Position numbers and translations under genes: made by a program. DNA of 53,586 nucleotides, from assembly GCA_046338525.1 (NCBI GenBank), contig JBKDWF010000057.1:1-53586 (forward strand). The letters run 5' to 3'. The notes beneath the pieces are model-generated. The model did no database searches, had not been told where the DNA came from, and was given only the letters and a program-made list of their open reading frames with translations. Positions 48,906 to 53,586 of this stretch are shown here, one piece after another (position 1 is the first letter of the stretch; every line of letters begins with the position of its first letter). The DNA comes from Holosporales bacterium (GTDB lineage Bacteria; Pseudomonadota; Alphaproteobacteria; JAJTHO01).

Positions 48906-49076
48906 ATGCTGGCTTTTTTATCTTCTCCTATTCCCTCAACCAAGCCCATCACTCCTATTGTTGTCCGCCAAGCCTCGCCCCGTCCCGATAAGCGAAAAAA
49001 GAAGAGTCCCACTACCCACCATGAAAACCAGGAGGAACAGTTGCAAAAAACTGTTACAACCAATGTTGTCGCCTAG
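48906..49076 (+). CDS. Small basic hypothetical protein (56 aa)
   Basis: RBS AAAGGTGG 4 nt before the ATG; fills the uvrD-pepP gap. Confidence 0.5.
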   Translation: MLAFLSSPIPSTKPITPIVVRQASPRPDKRKKKSPTTHHENQEEQLQKTVTTNVVA

Positions 49077-49305
49077 AGCCGGGGTTAGCCTATTGCGCCG
49101 TCATGAAGGTGCCGAGCAGGCTTTCCGCCGACCAGAGGTAGGGCATCCCATTGCCTTTTGCGTACCGCGCAAGTTTGGATTGCCGAGATGGTTGGCACTG
49201 GCGATACGCCGCTGGCTTCCTATTTCCCCCTTGGGGCGCGATAAGAAACGCATGATCATTTCTTTTACTATGTACCAAATGTATTAGGTACTGTTAAAAT
49301 ATCTC

Positions 49306-50946
49306 ATGACCTTCACTGATTGGGATATCCTATTACTGCCACGCACGGATGCGTTTCAAAACGAGTATCTCCCCCCCCATGAAGAAATCCTTCATGCAAT
49401 AACAGGATTTACCGGTTCAGCGGGGTTTCTTGCTCTACGCCGAGATAGCACCGGGGCACTGTTTGTCGATGGGCGTTACCTGCTTCAAGCGGCCAATGAG
49501 GTTAATACCCAAAAGATAGCCGTGGTTTCCATTTTGGAAACCACGGCTATGGAATGGGTACGCACCAACAGCCGGGCTGGTCAACGCATTGCTGTTGATC
49601 CTTGGCGGGTAACACCAAAACAGTATAAGGCTTGGCACGATTTAGCCACCGGTATTGGCGCAACCTTACACCCGATGCCTTCCGGCTGGGAAAAAACCCT
49701 CTGGCCTCATCGACCTGCTCCCATCCCAAGCTGCATCAGCGAGCATCCCGATCCGGTTGCCGGACAATCGCGCGCCGAAAAGATTGCCTTAGTACGCCAA
49801 ACTATCAGCAAACATCAGGTCGCCGCCTGCCTTATTTCCGATCCGGCAAGCGTCTGCTGGCTCCTGAATATTCGCGGCCGGGATGTACCGTTTACGCCGC
49901 TCGTATGCGGTTACGCATTAGTATCGGCTAATGATCCGGTATTGCTGTTCGTCAACGGAGACGGATTTCGCCCCGAGGGCGTTGCCCTTAAACCTTTAGC
50001 CGACCTACTTCCCACCTTGAGGGATATCCCCGGCAGTGTGTTGCTCGATAACCAAACCGCCTCCGCCGCACTGGCGGAGAATTTAGGCGATCAGGCAATT
50101 CTGGAAGAAAATCCCTGCTTACTTCCCAAAGCCTGTAAGAATCCCATCGAGATTAACGGCATGCGCACAGCACATCGCCGGGACGAGGTCGCGCTCACCG
50201 AATTTTTACGCTGGCTACGCCTTGAGGTTAAACGCCGTAGTGTCACCGAAGCCGAGGCTGCCAGCATGCTAGACAGCTTTCGCGGACAACAGCATCACTT
50301 CATCATGCCCAGCTTCCCCAGCATTATCGGCAGTGGCCCCAACGGTGCCATTATCCACTACCGCCCGCCAGATACTGGTAGCCGGGTTATCACCCCCGGT
50401 GATCTTCTTCTGATCGATTCCGGTGGCCAATATGTAGATGGCACCACCGATGTTACCCGCACTGTCTGGCTTTGGGAAGAAGCTCCCCCCGCCGAAATTC
50501 GCCGAGCCTATACTCTTGTTCTCAAAGGCCATATCGCCTTAGCGACGGCTCGATTTCCTATGGGAACCACAGGAGCACAGCTTGATGTTCTAGCTCGGCG
50601 CTATCTATGGCAAGCGGGACTCGATTATGATCATGGAACCGGTCATGGCGTTGGTGCGTTCTTGTCTGTGCACGAAGGGCCACAAGGCATATCCAAACGC
50701 AACACAACCCCCTTGCAACCGGGTATGATCCTCTCCAATGAACCTGGGTATTACAAACCCGGCGCGTTTGGCATCCGCATCGAGAGCCTAGTACTGGTGC
50801 GGGATAACTTACCGCTACCCTCCGGGTTTGAGCGCCCCATGCTGGGGTTTGAGACCTTGACCAAATCCCCCTTTGAGGAATCCCTCATTGAAACAGGGTT
50901 GCTCACACCAGAAGAGAGAGCGTTTCTTTTGACTGGACAGTATTAA
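49306..50946 (+). CDS. Xaa-Pro aminopeptidase (M24B)
   Basis: [47 protein letters not shown] and GIRIE. Confidence 0.93.
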   Translation: MTFTDWDILLLPRTDAFQNEYLPPHEEILHAITGFTGSAGFLALRRDSTGALFVDGRYLLQAANEVNTQKIAVVSILETTAMEWVRTNSRAGQRIAVDPWRVTPKQYKAWHDLATGIGATLHPMPSGWEKTLWPHRPAPIPSCISEHPDPVAGQSRAEKIALVRQTISKHQVAACLISDPASVCWLLNIRGRDVPFTPLVCGYALVSANDPVLLFVNGDGFRPEGVALKPLADLLPTLRDIPGSVLLDNQTASAALAENLGDQAILEENPCLLPKACKNPIEINGMRTAHRRDEVALTEFLRWLRLEVKRRSVTEAEAASMLDSFRGQQHHFIMPSFPSIIGSGPNGAIIHYRPPDTGSRVITPGDLLLIDSGGQYVDGTTDVTRTVWLWEEAPPAEIRRAYTLVLKGHIALATARFPMGTTGAQLDVLARRYLWQAGLDYDHGTGHGVGAFLSVHEGPQGISKRNTTPLQPGMILSNEPGYYKPGAFGIRIESLVLVRDNLPLPSGFERPMLGFETLTKSPFEESLIETGLLTPEERAFLLTGQY

Positions 50947-50968
50947 TATCTGTCGGCACACAAAGGCT

Positions 50969-51685
50969 ATGACGTTGCGTGCTCATAATCTTGGTAAAAC
51001 CTATGGCCGTCGCCCAGTGGTGCATGACGTTAGCCTAGAAGTACGCCCCGGCGAAGCCGTGGCTCTCATGGGTCCAAACGGTGCTGGCAAAACAACGTGT
51101 TTTTACATGATATCCGGCCTTGTACGCCCAGATGTCGGGCAGATTTTTTTAGACGATGCCGATATCACCCCTCTTCCACTATACCGCCGCGCTCGCCTCG
51201 GGATAGGTTACCTGCCTCAAGAAACCTCTATTTTTCGGGGTATGACCGCCGCCGGGAACATTGAGGCGGTACTGGAACTTATTGAGCCAGACCGCCTGCG
51301 CCGCGTCCGTTTGCTTGAAGAACTCCTCGAAGAATTTGCCATTACCCACGTCCGCGACACCCCGGCCATCGCCCTATCCGGGGGGGAACGACGGCGCGTG
51401 GAGATCGCACGGGCATTAGCATTGCGTCCCCGGTTTATTTTGTTAGACGAACCCTTAGCAGGGGTTGATCCCATTGCTGTCGGCGATATTCGAACGCTAA
51501 TCGGCCACCTGAAAGGTCGCGGAATTGGCGTTCTTATCACCGACCACAATGTCCGGGAAACATTGAAAATTGTTGATCGTGGCTATATTTTACATGATGG
51601 CAGGCTCCTCATGCACGGCACCCCCGCCGCTATTGTTGCCCATCCCGATGTTCGCCGGGTGTACTTGGGGCAAAATTTTCATTAG
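50969..51685 (+). CDS. lptB: LPS export ABC transporter ATP-binding protein
   Basis: [47 protein letters not shown] and VYLG. Confidence 0.95.
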   Translation: MTLRAHNLGKTYGRRPVVHDVSLEVRPGEAVALMGPNGAGKTTCFYMISGLVRPDVGQIFLDDADITPLPLYRRARLGIGYLPQETSIFRGMTAAGNIEAVLELIEPDRLRRVRLLEELLEEFAITHVRDTPAIALSGGERRRVEIARALALRPRFILLDEPLAGVDPIAVGDIRTLIGHLKGRGIGVLITDHNVRETLKIVDRGYILHDGRLLMHGTPAAIVAHPDVRRVYLGQNFH

Positions 51686-51751
51686 GGACTCTAACGCTTG
51701 CAAGATTTGCAAAAAAATCTTCATGTGCGCGCAGTACGGCACCGTACAATG

Positions 51752-52906
51752 TTACATCTCATTATTATCATCAAATTCTATTTTTTCTGCTGGCGGTGCC
51801 ATGCTAGGGACAGCAGGAGTCGGGGCACCGACGGTACGGTTTTCGTAATGCTGCCGCGCACTTTCCAACATTTCCAGAATGCCCTTACCAACCTCACCGC
51901 CATCACCGCGCACCTGATCCCTAAGGACGCTCTGTACGCACTGTACATGCGTATGAAGCAAATCTACAAAAGCAGCACCCGGCACGACATTGAGCCTCGC
52001 GTACTCAAACAACGACTTAGCAATAGAACTAATCAAAGGATAACCAAACGTCCCACCTTGTCCCCGCAAATCGTGGGAAATATCCGCCATCAAAGCGTAA
52101 TACTTCCAATAATTTTTAGGTTGCTTGGATAATTGCTGACAGACTTTTTCCAACTTACTCATTAAATCCGCCGCCCAGACTGAATAATCGGCGTCCATCC
52201 CAGCAACACCAGCAGTGGCTGCCTCAAGAGCTTCCTCAGCAAAAGCACCCTGATCCTGCATCCCGCCCAACCCAGAAACCAATGTTTTAATACGGTTAGG
52301 CAGCACAAATTGATATGCCACCACACCCTCCTTAAAAGATTTAGGTATTCGAGACTGGTGCAAAGTCATTACAGAATCTTCCGCAGCAACGCGGCGCTCC
52401 CCAAACGCCACCATCTGCGGATTCCGGCGGCGATCAGGGCCAAAAAATTCTCTAGAATAAATAAAAGACCGTGGCCATTCAATGACCCCTGCCAGCTTTG
52501 CCGACAAAGAGGCCACGGAAAACGGCTTGACCAAAAACTCTGTAACCCCAATATCGCGGGCCTCGGCAGCCACATCCGCCTCCGACACCGCGCTGGCAAC
52601 AATAATGGGAATAAACGGATCGGGAGAGTCCTTGTGCCGGCGAATCCACTTCACCACCATCGCCCCGTTAATCGGGGACATCCGCCATTCACAAAACACC
52701 ACGTCAAACTGTTGTACAGCAGCTGTTGGCTGAAGCTTATTAATTTTTCCAGCATTTTTAAGAATATTAATAGCCTCAGGCCCACCATTAGCCACAACAA
52801 TTTTCCGAACACCAAGACTACGCAAGACCCTAGACAACAAGGCTAGAGCAAAAGAACTGCCATCAATAATCAGAACCGATAACCGCTCTAGATCATACGC
52901 TGCCAT
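51752..52906 (-). CDS. Atypical receiver + Arg-rich GPDRRR motif + Hpt-like domain
   Basis: REC with IIDGS and FCEWRM (Glu at the phospho-site), FFGPDRRR, and C-terminal SHDLRGQGGTFGYPLIS. Confidence 0.8.
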   Translation of the reverse strand: MAAYDLERLSVLIIDGSSFALALLSRVLRSLGVRKIVVANGGPEAINILKNAGKINKLQPTAAVQQFDVVFCEWRMSPINGAMVVKWIRRHKDSPDPFIPIIVASAVSEADVAAEARDIGVTEFLVKPFSVASLSAKLAGVIEWPRSFIYSREFFGPDRRRNPQMVAFGERRVAAEDSVMTLHQSRIPKSFKEGVVAYQFVLPNRIKTLVSGLGGMQDQGAFAEEALEAATAGVAGMDADYSVWAADLMSKLEKVCQQLSKQPKNYWKYYALMADISHDLRGQGGTFGYPLISSIAKSLFEYARLNVVPGAAFVDLLHTHVQCVQSVLRDQVRGDGGEVGKGILEMLESARQHYENRTVGAPTPAVPSMAPPAEKIEFDDNNEM

Positions 52907-52909
52907 AGA

Positions 52910-53332
52910 TCACGGTACAATTTCGGTGCCGGCAAAAAAGAAGGCGATTTCCGCCGCCGCCGCCTCATGGGAATCGGAACCATGCACCGAGTTTGCCTCA
53001 ATGGATTCGGCAAACAGCTTGCGCACCGTGCCCGGCGCAGCGTTGGCCGGGTTGGTCGCGCCCATCAAATCGCGGTTGCGCTGGACGGCGTTGTCGCCTT
53101 CCAGCACCTGCACCACCACCGGGCCAGAAGTCATGAAGGACACCAAATCTTTGAAAAAGCCGCGCTCTTTATGCGCCGCGTAAAAAGCCCCCGCCTGGGC
53201 TTCGGTCAGTTGCAGTCGCTTTTGCGCCACAATGCGCAGCCCGGCGTCCTCAAACACCGCGTTGACCTTCCCGGTCAGGTTGCGCCGCGTTACGTCGGGC
53301 TTGAGAATGGAGAGGGTGCGTTCGATGGCCAT
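52910..53332 (-). CDS. ndk: Nucleoside-diphosphate kinase
   Basis: [15 protein letters not shown] and NSVHGSDS; ATG 53332 gives 140 aa. Confidence 0.97.
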   Translation of the reverse strand: MAIERTLSILKPDVTRRNLTGKVNAVFEDAGLRIVAQKRLQLTEAQAGAFYAAHKERGFFKDLVSFMTSGPVVVQVLEGDNAVQRNRDLMGATNPANAAPGTVRKLFAESIEANSVHGSDSHEAAAAEIAFFFAGTEIVP

Positions 53333-53433
53333 GATTGTTCCTTGAAAACTAGCTGTCCTTGTACGCAGCTGCGCAGGAGAACGCAAGGGGTGGTTTTATG
53401 GGTGGTTTGAAGTGGCTGAAGTGCTCGGTGCAG

Positions 53434-53586
53434 CCCCCTCTCCCGCCTGCGGGGGAGGGCCGGGGAGGGGGTTATAGAGAATTGAAAAAACAAACAGGCT
53501 ATTTAATCCTGAAGCGCCCTCACCCCTGCCCCTCTCCCAGTGGGAGAGGGGTTTTTAGAGGGCGGAACTGGGAACCCCTCTCCCTC
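53434..53586. repeat. Cluster of REP-like CCCTCTCCC-hairpin palindromes
   Basis: CCCCCTCTCCCGCCTGCGGGGGAGGGCCGGGGAGGGG from 53434, an inverted copy CCCTCACCCCTGCCCCTCTCCCAGTGGGAGAGGGG from about 53517, and a third starting at the window end. Confidence 0.8.

Noticed and set aside
48898-49287. 129-aa alternative ORF between uvrD and pepP
   Set aside because: No convincing RBS or motifs; the overlapping 48906-49076 frame has the better start context.

Overview
Chromosomal segment of an alphaproteobacterium. This is inferred from the alpha-type SspB, long HPF, class I PhaC, Cle-like regulator and CtrA-like boxes; the exact lineage cannot be determined from the window. It opens with a complete IS701-family element (1-1090, 17-bp terminal IRs). 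Housekeeping genes appear in broken order: kdsD-lptC-lptA, lptB and hpf-ptsN lie at three separate sites with no rpoN, and sucB, speE, xseB-ispA-rfbB, pyrH-frr, hrcA, gshB, uvrD, pepP and ndk lack their usual neighbours. Other contents are kdpFABC (kdpF is missing from the ORF track), two tRNAs (Ile2-CAT, Val-GAC), an F7-like chemosensory operon extended by a STAS/REC-kinase partner-switch module and a histidine kinase, and a furan-fatty-acid-like lipid cluster that contains a bifunctional ATP sulfurylase/APS kinase. The best novelty candidates are (i) an ABC-ATPase homologue lacking all catalytic motifs, paired with a minimal FtsX-like permease and cutA and preceded by a three-way-junction structured element, (ii) the PAPS synthase inside the lipid cluster, (iii) the chemosensory-to-partner-switch wiring, and (iv) a Cle-type pseudo-receiver fused to an Hpt-like domain. 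No CRISPR array, rRNA, prophage or integrase was seen. All protein calls come from motif recognition by eye, not database searches.
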